A stretch of 64,000 bases of DNA, from NCBI RefSeq assembly GCF_000143415.4, contig NW_003314265.1, positions 758,405-822,404 on the forward strand, in the 5' to 3' direction. Every line of letters starts with the position of its first letter. Position 1 is the stretch's first letter. Below the pieces are notes generated by a model that did no database searches, had not been told where the DNA came from, and was given only the letters and a program-made list of their open reading frames with translations. Positions 47,408 through 58,705 of the stretch are shown piece by piece. Source of the stretch: Selaginella moellendorffii (Eukaryota; Plantae; Lycopodiophyta). Made by a program: the position numbers and the translations under genes.

Positions 47408-48823
47408 GTTCCATTCTATGGTTATCCTATAGTAAATCATTATAGAATAAAGAGTGAAAACCATATACACTATAAAAACTTGACAACTTTACTTACATTT
47501 AAAGAGTTTCTATAAGTTGGAGTAGTGATTAATTGAATGCCTCCATTATTATTGTAAACCATTCAGCAACTAAAAAATCTTTTGTTATTTACACTATTTT
47601 TTATTCTCTATTTTGATACATTTTGCTATGTTGGTTTCAATTATAGGATTGTTATGTTTTTACAATCAATGGTAAACACTTTTGGAATACCTAGTCACTA
47701 TATCCACCAACTTAGCTTTGGACACTACATCCTCAAGTGACACCCTTTCAACTTGTTTTAATCCCAATGGATCTCTTGCTAGAGTTCATATTAATACTAA
47801 CATTGGGTAGGCAAGAATAACTTCTATAAAATTTATAAATTTTCTCTTTAAAAAATTTATCCTTTTTTCAATTAATTATAAAACGGTATTATATAAAATA
47901 ATAATGAAATATATTCTCATTAGAAAAATAATTTTTTAATTATCCATGAAAAAAAATTATAAAGTTCAAAGTAATCACTTTTTTGAGAAGGGTCATTGCC
48001 AATTATACTCAATTTGTTTACCAATTGTTTATTTGCCTGGAACACCTGATCATACCAAATTGATTGCCTTCCACAGCAAACAAGATTTCATTGACATTAT
48101 AAAGGTATTATAATTACCAGACCATTTACAAAGGTGCCATGCACAGAAAGCTCATCATCAATTGTCCATTACTGGCAGATAGAATTTCAAGTTTGAGCTC
48201 CTATACAAAGATATCTAAAATGAGCTCTAGCAAAATCTATACACTTGACAATCTTACCTTTGTAACTGTTTGACTTAGCCAGGAAGAACAGAATAAATGG
48301 GAAAATAGAGGTGTGATTAGGTGAGCTTTTTTTCCATGTTTTAATCTAGCTTTAATCTAGGGACACTTTCCTTACAATGGATTGGCATTCACTAGCCTTC
48401 ACTTTTGACATAAGAAACCTCATATTTTCTTTCATTTGGGCATGCAAGAGGATCACATCATTTTAGAATAGAAGATAGGAGAACTCCAAAGAATCAAACT
48501 TGTAACCTCTGGCAACTAAAGCAAGAATCATAGCACTAGACTAAATGTCTATTATATTGACCAAAAGGATTATAGTTAACAATTAGCTACACTAGCTAAT
48601 TAGAAACAATTATAACTTTTAATTAATGATAAAGCAGGAAACGGCTTACATTGCTCAAAGGAGCCATTTGTTATAGCATGGTCCTTTTAGTTGAAGGTAA
48701 GATTAAAAAGCGAAACACAGAAAGAGAGATGAGGAAATTTCATGCTCTCCATTTTGATACATTGAAAAGTTTGTATTACAAAGGTTTTAATGTTCTTACA
48801 ATCAATAAATACACTAATTTAGA

Positions 48824-49448
48824 TCAATAGTGAATGCTCTTCAGAAGGATTGGAGAGAAGTAACCATTCCCAGTGATATATAGGAGAGGATCTCTTGAAT
48901 CATGTTATTTGTCTTCTTCATGCAATTTTGGGCATGGATTTCCTTGGATATCTCCCAGATCATGCTCACTCTCATCTTATCAAACTTGTATTTGAATAGC
49001 ATGCAAAAGTTTTTGCCTTCTTTGATTTGAACCTTATACCAGACCTTGTCTCCTGTGCATCTTCTAGAGTTGCAAAGGTCCTTGAGTTACGTTATCATGT
49101 GGCATTTTGTCCTGCCAATCACCACCAAGAGCTGGGCGTTCCTCTCATCATGATCGTAGCAATCTCTTCTTTCCTGGATGCAGTAGAGCTCTTGGGTGAG
49201 CCTGTAAAGCTCTTCTAGCGCAGTGGAGGTAGTCCGGTATTAATAGCTTGGATGTCGGTCGCGGCCAGAAGTTATAGAAATCTTGATGCTAAGTGATATC
49301 TAACTCATCAATTTTACGCTGCTCAGACTTTTCTTTGGGATGGCCATTACTTCCTGCTTGTCCCTCCTCCTCTCACTGCCTCTTCGTGTTCTTTCCCTTC
49401 TTATCACGTTACTGTTACCTTTAGCCTTCTTGGGTACGCTCTCCATCG
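48824..49448 (-). pseudogene. Disrupted paralog of the orphan ORF at 37218-37910
   Basis: Colinear with 37218-37910 but has frameshifts (e.g. GATATATAGG vs GATATGG) and deletions, and no long ORF. Confidence 0.88.
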
Positions 49449-49648
49449 CTGCCAATCTTTTCAGTCAAACACTGAGGCTTAAAGGGTCTATTTATATGGA
49501 ACAAGAAAAGGCAATTAAACCCACAGTTTAAGCTTAGATTAACAAACCAAAGCCACCGAGGAAGTGGCCTTTTCAGACGGTGAGAAGCGAGACTAAAGTC
49601 ACCGAGAAGGTGGCTTGAGAAAAGAAATACATGGTACTTGGCTATCTC

Positions 49649-52460
49649 TCACTTGCAAGGGATGGGCTCGCCTTCTTTGTCTGTGAGAGCTTTATAAGCG
49701 GCTTGGATCCTCGAGGTAATGCGACGTGAGCTTCCAATTCGTCGGCCATCGATCTCTATGACCTGGATCATCAGGAGTTTTGCAAATTCACACATGAAAG
49801 GATATGGAAAGCTAGTAAATACCGGTGTGAGCTCTCCCATTGTTCCCGTTGTCCACACCTATAGCGTTGGAAGAACACAACTCTTAAGTCCATCTAGATG
49901 ATGACGGGTTACCTCGTCTGCTGTGTGAAACTCTGTCAATGAAATCCTTCTCTCGATCATTGCGATATTTTCTTGTTTCACGAGCTCAATAACCTGGACA
50001 AGGAGAGTCAAGGAGTTAATGAGATGAGAAGCTCAGTTGGAAAGTTGTTACGGTTTCTCGTGTGATTCCTGGTAAGCAGTAATCCGCCGACGGCGTCAAA
50101 ACACGTCCCTTTTTCACCATGAACTGTCAAACAGAAGAAACGATAAGAATCTAGAATCGCAAATCGTTTTCCCAGCTTAACTATGTTTGTAGCATTTGTT
50201 TCAGACACAAAGCCGTCGCAGTCGAGCATTATAGCATCGTCCACACCAGCAGTGTTTCCCTCCACCTATGAAAAACGCTATGCGTGAATCTTCGAAAAGG
50301 ACATCACAGAAAAACAGACCTTCGCAAGTATGTTGTTGATGAGATTGTTATGGTGAATCTTGGAATCTAGGCACTGTTTACAACAAGGGACGCAACATAA
50401 GTTAAAAAAACCAAAACCCGACGACCTTACTTACGTTTGGAGAGTTTCTACGGGTTGAAGCAGTAATTAATCGAATGCCTCCATTATTGTCATACACCGG
50501 TGGCTTCCATTCAGCGACAACTGGAAGAATCTCCTGTCAATTAAGTATTTGTATGTCGAGAAAAGTCGTACCTAGAAGTGTGCAGCCATACAAGTTGAAT
50601 GCAGGACTCATTCCAGACGTAACCTATACAAAAGCACTGCGTACGTGTTTACAGCCTTCTAATATTTCAAAAGTAAGAAAAAAAACCTTCATTCCTCTTG
50701 TCAGTGTGAGACGAACGTGAGCGTTGTCAAACATCCCATTTATAATCAATGTCGAAAACAGGGCTCGTTTCACCTGCAAACTCACGCGTTAGTAATCCGA
50801 GTCTCGAACAAGGTTTCTTACAAAGTCACGGCTCGGAAGGTTTGTGAATGCCATCGCCTTGGCCGAATCAAACAACCTGTTCAAGCATGCATGTCAAATT
50901 CGAAAGAAAAAGAAGTTCTCCAACCTGTCTAAATGCTCCCCCAGCTTGAAAACCTTCCCTTTGTAAATGCGGAGCCCTTCCCAGACACCGTCTCCACCTT
51001 GCACGATAGAATCAAACACAGAAACCTGATAGGACGAGAATCTAAACAAAAGAAGCTCCAGGTTAGAAAAGAGGTTTGTACCTTAGCGTCATCTCGGGGA
51101 ACTATCTCGTCTCCGACCCAGGCAAAGATATTCTTGTTGGACGGCACCGGCAATGGTGGAGCCTCGGGTGCCTGTGGCTGCAAAGCATGCCGCTTAAGCA
51201 TCTTATAAATTGGTCGGCATTCCTCCAAGAGTGTATATAAAGCCTTTGGGAAAGGCTGCAAAAGAACGAAGAAATATCCAGTATACTTAGACAGGATCTC
51301 TCAAAGGTAAATACAGACCTTTCGTGGATGGAGCGGCAATGGCGAGAATTCCGTAGACCTGTGAACAGAGCTATACCACCACTTTGCCCACATCCCATCC
51401 TCTGGTTTGGGACCAGCATTCCACCTAAAAGTTTCACAGTTTGAGTCAACCAAAAGAAAAAACTAAGATCCAGCTTACTTGAGCATGGCATGTTGGAAGT
51501 CCATGCCAAGTGCCGCGCACAAAGCTCGTAGAACGCCCTGTAGATAGAAAAGAAAAAGAGAGCACCAATAGTAATCTGTGAGAAGCGTGGAAGATAGAAA
51601 AGAAAAAGAGAGCACCAATGGTAATCTGTGAGAAGCGTGGAAGATAGAAAAGAAAAAGAGAGCACCAATGATAATCTGTGAGAAACGTGGAAGTCATACC
51701 TCGGGATCCTTTTGAAGGTCTGACGCGTCAATCACGGGTGGACTTTTTCCAATGCTTTCGAGGTCACTGTACATACTGAGAAGCGACGACCATTGGAGAT
51801 CCTTGAGAGTCGCGGGAACAACGTCATCGAAAGAAGGCTGTACGCAAACACGAAGCGTGAGACACCGACCTCAAACATTCATTCTATGAGGAACTTAACG
51901 AGAATCGCCAGCGGATCTCTGATGAGAATGACATGCTTCCCCTTGAGAATGTCATCTGTGAGACAAGGTGTCCGGAATTTGGCCATTTGCTGCAAGAAAC
52001 TCGAGCGAACTGGATCGGTGGATGCTCACAAGGAGTGAGCTTTCTCGTACCTTGCAGAAGCGATACTTCATCTTGCATGGACCGAAGATCGCCTCCACGA
52101 CTTTGCTCCCATCCGGCTCCTACTCACACCAAACTTTGGAATAAGGGGCTCCAAGAAGAAGGAAGAGGCGAAATTCTCACCATTTGCGTCAAGAGCTCGT
52201 CCCGATATGGCCTCTCCGCGCCGCTGACGCGCAGGTAATGCGCATAGAGCGGCTCATCCAGCACCTCGGTATCGTCTCGCTGGCATCACAGCGATGATAG
52301 ATATCGCGAAATTACTCACAGGAGCAAAGCAAGCTCAAGAAATCTAGATCTCCACCTGCGCGAAGGAGTACATGAGGCTTGTACTCAGCGATCTCGGCCC
52401 CGTCCATAGCTGGATCACCTCCACGGGCTTGGCATTCATCTCGCCCCCATTTCCTTCCAT
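49649..52460 (-). CDS. Branched-chain-amino-acid aminotransferase-like protein (N-terminal sulfotransferase-like P-loop domain plus class IV PLP aminotransferase), multi-exon
   Basis: [18 protein letters not shown]|[51 protein letters not shown] and [12 protein letters not shown] at 52460 (or 52439); TGA 49649-49651. Confidence 0.93.
51542..51691. repeat. 3 x 50-bp intronic tandem repeat
   Basis: AGATAGAAAAGAAAAAGAGAGCACCAATnnTAATCTGTGAGAAnCGTGGA three times. Confidence 0.93.
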
Positions 52461-52643
52461 CGCCGCGAATGTATTGCCTATAGCCTAGGGAAAGAAGGAA
52501 AAAAAGAAATACCAAAAACTTTGTCGCCATGCCCGGGACAACAGTTTTTGTAGATAAACTTAGTTTAGGTCATGTTTAAAGACAATAACACCCTACTATT
52601 ATCTTAATCCTTGGAACGTTTATACATTGATTAACAAAGCATG

Positions 52644-54527
52644 CTACTCCAATTGCTTTATCAGGCTTTGCATCTGCAGGAACAAGAGTTGATTAACGCG
52701 ATTTTTTTTTTTTTTACCACATTTTCACAAGAGCTACCGACCTGTTCCTCAAGCTCTGCAATTCTTTGATCCTTAAGTTTCAATGTTGCTGATCCCCTGC
52801 GAGGGTGTCCCTGGATTATAGCTTGCTGGAACATGGAAATAAAAACTCACCTTTCCTCCAAGTCATGGCACTTGTTCTCCCATTTCTTTTGGTTATCAGC
52901 GAGGCACTGGTTCAGCTGTAGAACACGGCGAGTGTTAAGATCAAGGCGGAGTGTGGTATGACAAAAACGTAACCTGAGTAAGGAAGTTCTTCTCCTTTTC
53001 CGCTTTATCCAGCCTCAGCTGGAGCTTGTGCAGCCGAGCCGACGCTTGCCTCTCAATCGCGGAGGCTATTTCATGTTCTTGCTCCTCCACAATCTGGACG
53101 AGTCGTCCCTCATAGTACTGGAAGAAAAAAGGCGAGCGGGAGTGTTAGCTTTTTAAGATTCCGCGAGAACACTTACTTTGCTCTGGCTTTCCAACTGTTT
53201 GGCCTGGAGGATTTCGTATTCCTTCTTTAGCTGCAAGTCAACCGGTTGCGTTTTCACATGACGAGCAAAACACGAAACGAAACATGACGTACACTGTCGA
53301 GCTTGGTGTCGCACGAACGTTCAAACGCGTCAGAACCACCGCTACACTCACAGCCGCTGCATTCATCGCTCGAGGGAGCCATTAGCTCCATCAAGTTTCC
53401 ATCTGTTTTAGAAAGGATAAAGCGGTGTACGTAGTTGTCCCCCACGTAGTCCCACACTCTCTGGCTCTCGAGCTCTAGCGAACAGCAGTGCCTGGTCTCC
53501 TTCCAGTGCCTTATAGCGTGGCCTTCCTTGTACCTAGTGAAAGGAAGAACGAAAAAGAAGAGATTCATTGGTTTGAAGCGTATGATCGAATACCTTCCGC
53601 AGCCTACGAAGCCGCATATCACACAGACCCAAAGGTTCTCACTCGTGGGACAAACGGAGCACGTCGTATTCTCCGATTGAAGACTGTACCAACAGACCTG
53701 CCAAGAACTTAGCGGTGTATAAGCACACACTGAAAACGAGTAGCATACGAACTAAGCAAGAGGAGTTTCGCGGATCAAAAGAGTCGACTTTTCTCGCAGG
53801 AACGCCGCTTATGTGCTCGTCAAGCCGCTCTGCAATCAAAACAGTGTCAAATTCTTTCTAGTTTTTGAAACACTCACGGAGACAAAATGTGCAAGTCGGG
53901 ATTTCTGTCAATCCAGGAGGAGCTTCGCATGCGTCTTGTAAGGAATTTGTGAAGTAGACATCCCTTGTGTACAGTACGTGGCAAATGGCATTCTATCAAA
54001 CAAGGAGGAAAGGTCAGCAAGCGTGAACTCAAGCAAACTACATGTATCACCTTCAATGGAAGAAGATCCACATCGAAACAATGATAGAACGCATCAGCGG
54101 AGCTTTGAGAGTCGAATTGGAGCACCATAATCTGGCTTGTATCATTCCTGGAAGATTGGAAACACTAAACTTCACAAAAGAAGGCATTCATTTTCTCTCA
54201 AACCTGATGCATTGGAGTTTTTCGATCTTGTCCGAGAAAGAGCTCGCAATCTGGAAGAATTCAGCGGGCTCGATCGCGCTGGGGACGCCAAGGACGCACA
54301 GATTCTCGCTGCGCTCGTCCTGCCAAACGAACTAGGGTGGTTTTTAAGGCAGGGAACACAAGATAGGAGCGTACCGGCAGGCTGCCAAAGGAAATGCCAG
54401 GTCTCTCGAAAACATCGCGAAAGAGATGCACAGCGCCTCGAAAGATTGCTACGCGCTGCTCGATCTCCTCCTCGCCATCGCAGCGCGGCTTCTCCTCTCC
54501 CTCCAGGAAAACCCTGAGAGAAAACAT
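52644..54527 (-). CDS. BRAP2/RING/ZnF-UBP protein (BRIZ family) with a degenerate RING
   Basis: MFSLRV start, BRAP2 region, [40 protein letters not shown] and a C-terminal coiled coil. TAG 52644-52646. Confidence 0.92.
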
Positions 54528-54583
54528 TTTGTCCCAAAGACTTTGACCTAATCGAAGTATTTCTTGGGCATTTTGATTGATTG

Positions 54584-56989
54584 ATGATCAGTAGAGGGCA
54601 GTGGCTGGAGACGATTTCTCGATGCACAAGCTTCTCTGAGGCGAAGATCATCGACCAGAGTCTCCGATCGCCAGCTGCGGCAGCCAAGGACGTCTTCTTG
54701 CAGGAAAAGCTTGTGGAAATGCACGTCAATTGTGGCGGCATCGATGCCGCGCGAGAGATTTTCGACACGATCCACTCAAGATGTTCGATCTTTACGTGGG
54801 ATTTCATGATCAACGCCTACATTCAATCAGGCCACACCGATCACGCCAAGGCACTGTTTGACAAACATCCTGAGCCAGATCTCGTGCTGTGGACAAGGAT
54901 GATCACGGCATTTGCCAAAATGAGGGATTTGGAGCAAGCGAAAGTAATGTTTGATGGCGTGCCACTCCGAGATCTCGTATGCTGGAACTCCGCGCTCGCT
55001 GCTTTTGCTCAAAACACTCCCCTTGATGGGTTTATGCTTCTTTTCAACGAGATGCCGGAAAGGGATTTGCTGTCTTGGACTACAGCACTTACCGCCATCG
55101 CGCGTGCTGGGGACTTACAACTCGCAAGAGAGTTTTTCCTAGAAATGCCGCAGCGGAACTGGTTGTCTTACAACATTTTTCTTGGCGTGTGTGTATGTTC
55201 TGCCTCTCTTGAATGTGCTAAAGACGCGTTTTATGCCATGCCAGAGAGGGATTTGTTCTCTTGGATGTCAATCTTAACAGCATATGCTCAAGCCCGGCAT
55301 GTCGACGGTGCAAAGAAGATTTTTGATATGGTGCCGGAGCACAACCTCGTTTTGTACACGGTTATGATCACAATGCTGTTTCAAGTAGATCTGTTTGAGG
55401 ACGCTCAAACTTTGCTTCAAAATGTGTCTCACGTAGATCTAAAACTGGCATCTGCTGTTTTAGTAGCATATGCCCAATCAGGGCATATTTTAGAGGCAAA
55501 ACAAATGCTGGAGAGCATGCCGGAATTAGACTTGAGTTCTTCGGCTGCCATGGTTGAAATGTTAATAGAATCAGGAAAGGTTTTTGAAGCAGAGGGTGTG
55601 TTCTATGGGATGCCCGAGTGGAATCTTCTCTCGTGGACGTCACTTATGTCTGGATATGCCAAAGCAGGGTACATTGCAATGGCGAAGCACGCATTCGAGA
55701 GCATGCCGGAGAGAACTATTACGGTCTGGAATGCTTTCTTAAACGGAATTTCGAGTCATTTTCTTGTGACAGAAATCAACAGAATGTTTTTGCGTATGCC
55801 TCAATGGGATCTTGTCACGTACTCTCTGATGCTCACTGCATATGCCCAAGCTGGTCATTTCAGAGAAGCCAGAGTTTTGTTTGATAGCATGCCTGAAAGG
55901 AATCTTTGCTCATGTAACGCAATGCTTTCGGCTTGTGTAGAAGCAGGGAATCTCGAATACGCTAAAACCATCCTCAACAACATGCCCGTGTGTGATCTGG
56001 TGTCATGGAACACACTCTTAGGAGTATACAACCAGTTGGGGCATATTAACGATGCAACGAAGTTGTTTGATTCTATTCCAGAGTTAGATCTCATCACTTG
56101 TAATACCATGATATCAGCTTTTACAAGGCACAGGTTTATGCAAAGAGCTCGACAGATTTTTGAGGAGATGCCACTGAAGAATCTCCTAACTTGGAACTCT
56201 ATGCTTTCTCTGTATGCCCAGGATGGGCATGTGGAGGATGCCAAACAAACGTTTGATAATATGCCTGAGAGGGATCTCGTCTCATGGACATCGTTGTTAG
56301 CGGCGCAAAAATCCCAGTCTCTTTCAGCCATGGCCAACACTTTCTACAAAGGAATGCCAGAGCACGACGTCGTCTCACGGACCGTAATGCTTGCGGCATT
56401 TGCCCAGAAAGGAGATTTCGGGCGATCCAAGAGGATGTTTGACACGAGCCCGGACCAAGATCTAGTGCTCTGGAGCGCAATGCTCGCCGCTCACAACAGC
56501 TGCAGCAGCAACGACGACCCCCGAAGCTCGTTACCTTTCCAAACATTCGACGCCATGAAGGCAGCGGCTCTGAAACCAGACCCCGCTTGTTTCGTGTCGG
56601 TCCTGATCGCTTGCAGCCACCACGGCAAGCCCGCCGAGGGGAGGCGTCACTTGGTCTCGATGAGAGCCGACTTTGGCCTGGGAGCGTCGAAGCAGCACTA
56701 CTCCTGCATGGTGGACGCGCTCGCCCGGTCCGGCTACCTCGATTCCTGCCAGGAGCTCGTGGAAACCATGCCTTTCGCGGCCGACGTTGTGGACTGGACG
56801 TGCTTGCTGGGTGCTTGGGTGAGCTACGGAGACGCGCAAAGAGGGCGAGCGGCGGCGGCACGGCTGCTGGATCTGGATCCTGGAAACTCGGCAGCACTCT
56901 TGTTAGTACAAAGCTTGCGACAAAACAAGAAGTTAACTCCTCACTGTAAGATTGTCTGTTCGCTTCCCGAGGAAACAGTAGCTTGTTAA
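54584..56989 (+). CDS. PLS-class pentatricopeptide repeat protein (tandem 31-aa S-type motifs plus E domain, no DYW); intronless
   Basis: About 19 MPERDLxSW-type repeats, then HYSCMVDALARSG..MPF..W..LLGA. The true start may be a downstream ATG (54719). Confidence 0.93.
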   Translation: MISRGQWLETISRCTSFSEAKIIDQSLRSPAAAAKDVFLQEKLVEMHVNCGGIDAAREIFDTIHSRCSIFTWDFMINAYIQSGHTDHAKALFDKHPEPDLVLWTRMITAFAKMRDLEQAKVMFDGVPLRDLVCWNSALAAFAQNTPLDGFMLLFNEMPERDLLSWTTALTAIARAGDLQLAREFFLEMPQRNWLSYNIFLGVCVCSASLECAKDAFYAMPERDLFSWMSILTAYAQARHVDGAKKIFDMVPEHNLVLYTVMITMLFQVDLFEDAQTLLQNVSHVDLKLASAVLVAYAQSGHILEAKQMLESMPELDLSSSAAMVEMLIESGKVFEAEGVFYGMPEWNLLSWTSLMSGYAKAGYIAMAKHAFESMPERTITVWNAFLNGISSHFLVTEINRMFLRMPQWDLVTYSLMLTAYAQAGHFREARVLFDSMPERNLCSCNAMLSACVEAGNLEYAKTILNNMPVCDLVSWNTLLGVYNQLGHINDATKLFDSIPELDLITCNTMISAFTRHRFMQRARQIFEEMPLKNLLTWNSMLSLYAQDGHVEDAKQTFDNMPERDLVSWTSLLAAQKSQSLSAMANTFYKGMPEHDVVSRTVMLAAFAQKGDFGRSKRMFDTSPDQDLVLWSAMLAAHNSCSSNDDPRSSLPFQTFDAMKAAALKPDPACFVSVLIACSHHGKPAEGRRHLVSMRADFGLGASKQHYSCMVDALARSGYLDSCQELVETMPFAADVVDWTCLLGAWVSYGDAQRGRAAAARLLDLDPGNSAALLLVQSLRQNKKLTPHCKIVCSLPEETVAC

Positions 56990-57172
56990 ACAATTGCGAG
57001 GAGGTAAACTTGACTACGTCACAAAATGTGCCATAAGAGCTACAGGCTACAGTCAAGAAAGACGACTATATATTAAATCACTCCACTACCTTGATTTCGC
57101 CCCAAAAAATATCGCCTCCACAGGTAAGCACTTAATCTCTTTAGATCTCTCGATCCGTTGACAAGCGAAAAA

Positions 57173-58705
57173 ATGCATTGCAGCAACCTCTGCTCGGTCT
57201 CCCCGCTACCAATGTCGATGTCTAAGCCAGCAGCAGCAGCGCCATCAGATCCATCGAAGCCAAGCAAGCCACTGAAAGAAGTACCTGGAAGCTATGGCTT
57301 GCCGGTCCTGGGAGCCGTCAAGGACCGCCTCGACTTCTACTGGTTCCAGGGAGACACCGAGTTCTTCCGCATCCGGATGGAGCAGCACAAGAGCACCGTC
57401 TTCCGCGTGAACTACTCCCCGGGGCCTCCCGGCTACCCGGACTCCCGCGGGATCATCCTGCTCGACCAGAAGAGCTTCTCGGTCCTCCTGGACAACTCCA
57501 AGGTGGACAAGTCGGACACCCTGCTCGGCCCCTACATCCCCAACCTGGCCTTCACCGGCGGCTACCGGGTCCTCCCATACCTGGACACCTCCGAGGCCAA
57601 GCACACCGCCTACAAGGACCTCATCTTCGAGCTCCTGCACGTAAACTCCTCGCGGATCATCCCGGAGTATAACAAAGTCTTCGCCGAGACCGCCGGATCC
57701 TGGGAGGAGCGCATCGCCAAGTCGGGCAAAGCGGAGGTGTTCGCCTCGTCGGACTCGATGATCACCAAGTTCTTGCTGCGCACCATCGTCCACAAAGATC
57801 CCGCGGAGCCGGGGCCGGCGAGCCTGGGACCGAAGTTCCGGGACACATACCAGCTATGGACGGGGGTCAACTTCGCCGGGATCGCTCACACACCGCTTCC
57901 ACACTTCTTGGAGGAGCTGCTGTTCCACACCTTCCGGCTGCCACCGTTTCTCGTGAAGAAGCAGTACAAGGCGCTTGCGAATTTCTACCGGACGCACGCC
58001 ACCGAGGTGCTGGATCTCGCGGAGAAGAAGTATGGGCTGGATCGCGAGGAGACTGTCCACCAGCTCATCCTCATCCTGGGGATCAATGCGCGCCTCGGCC
58101 TGCACAAGATGATCCCGGCGCTCATCTACTACCTGGGCTTGCTGGGCGAGGATTTCCAGGCCAAGATCGCTGCGGAGGTGCGATCGGCTGTGCACAAGAA
58201 CCGCGCCCAGGGAGAAGAGGGCGTGAATATCACCACCCAGGCGCTCCTGGAGATGCCGCTGCTGCGATCCACCGTGCTCGAGACCCTGCGGCTCACGCCC
58301 TCGATCTTCTACATCTATGGCCGCGCGCGCGAGGACATGGTGATCGAGTCCCACGACGCCGCGTTCCAGATCAAGAAGGGCGAGCTCCTGGGCGGGCACC
58401 AGTACTTCGTGATGCGCGATCCAGAGGTCTTCGAGGAGCCGCACAAGTTCGTGGCCGATAGGTTCCTGGGGGAGCGCGGCAAGGCGGTGTTGCCTTACCT
58501 CGTCTGGTCCAACGGGCGGGAGACCGAATCGCCCTCCTCGAGCAACAAGCAGTGCCCCGCCAAGGATGTCGCGGAGCTCATCACGATGCAGTTCGTGGCG
58601 GAGATGTTCCTCAGGTACGATTCGTTCGAGATCACCAAGGATTCGTTCATCAACACCACCGAGCTCAATGTGCACCTCAAGTCGCTCAAGAAACGAAGCG
58701 TGTAA
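57173..58705 (+). CDS. CYP74-family oxylipin P450 (HPL/DES/EAS-like rather than canonical AOS); intronless
   Basis: VPGSYGLP, FTGGYRVLPYLD, ETLR, WSNGRET and heme ligand NKQCPAKD. The start could be 57173, 57212 or 57218. Confidence 0.95.
   Translation: MHCSNLCSVSPLPMSMSKPAAAAPSDPSKPSKPLKEVPGSYGLPVLGAVKDRLDFYWFQGDTEFFRIRMEQHKSTVFRVNYSPGPPGYPDSRGIILLDQKSFSVLLDNSKVDKSDTLLGPYIPNLAFTGGYRVLPYLDTSEAKHTAYKDLIFELLHVNSSRIIPEYNKVFAETAGSWEERIAKSGKAEVFASSDSMITKFLLRTIVHKDPAEPGPASLGPKFRDTYQLWTGVNFAGIAHTPLPHFLEELLFHTFRLPPFLVKKQYKALANFYRTHATEVLDLAEKKYGLDREETVHQLILILGINARLGLHKMIPALIYYLGLLGEDFQAKIAAEVRSAVHKNRAQGEEGVNITTQALLEMPLLRSTVLETLRLTPSIFYIYGRAREDMVIESHDAAFQIKKGELLGGHQYFVMRDPEVFEEPHKFVADRFLGERGKAVLPYLVWSNGRETESPSSSNKQCPAKDVAELITMQFVAEMFLRYDSFEITKDSFINTTELNVHLKSLKKRSV

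Noticed and set aside
47600-48700. Possible DNA-transposon remnant in AT-rich DNA
   Set aside because: No TIRs, TSD or recognisable transposase motif.
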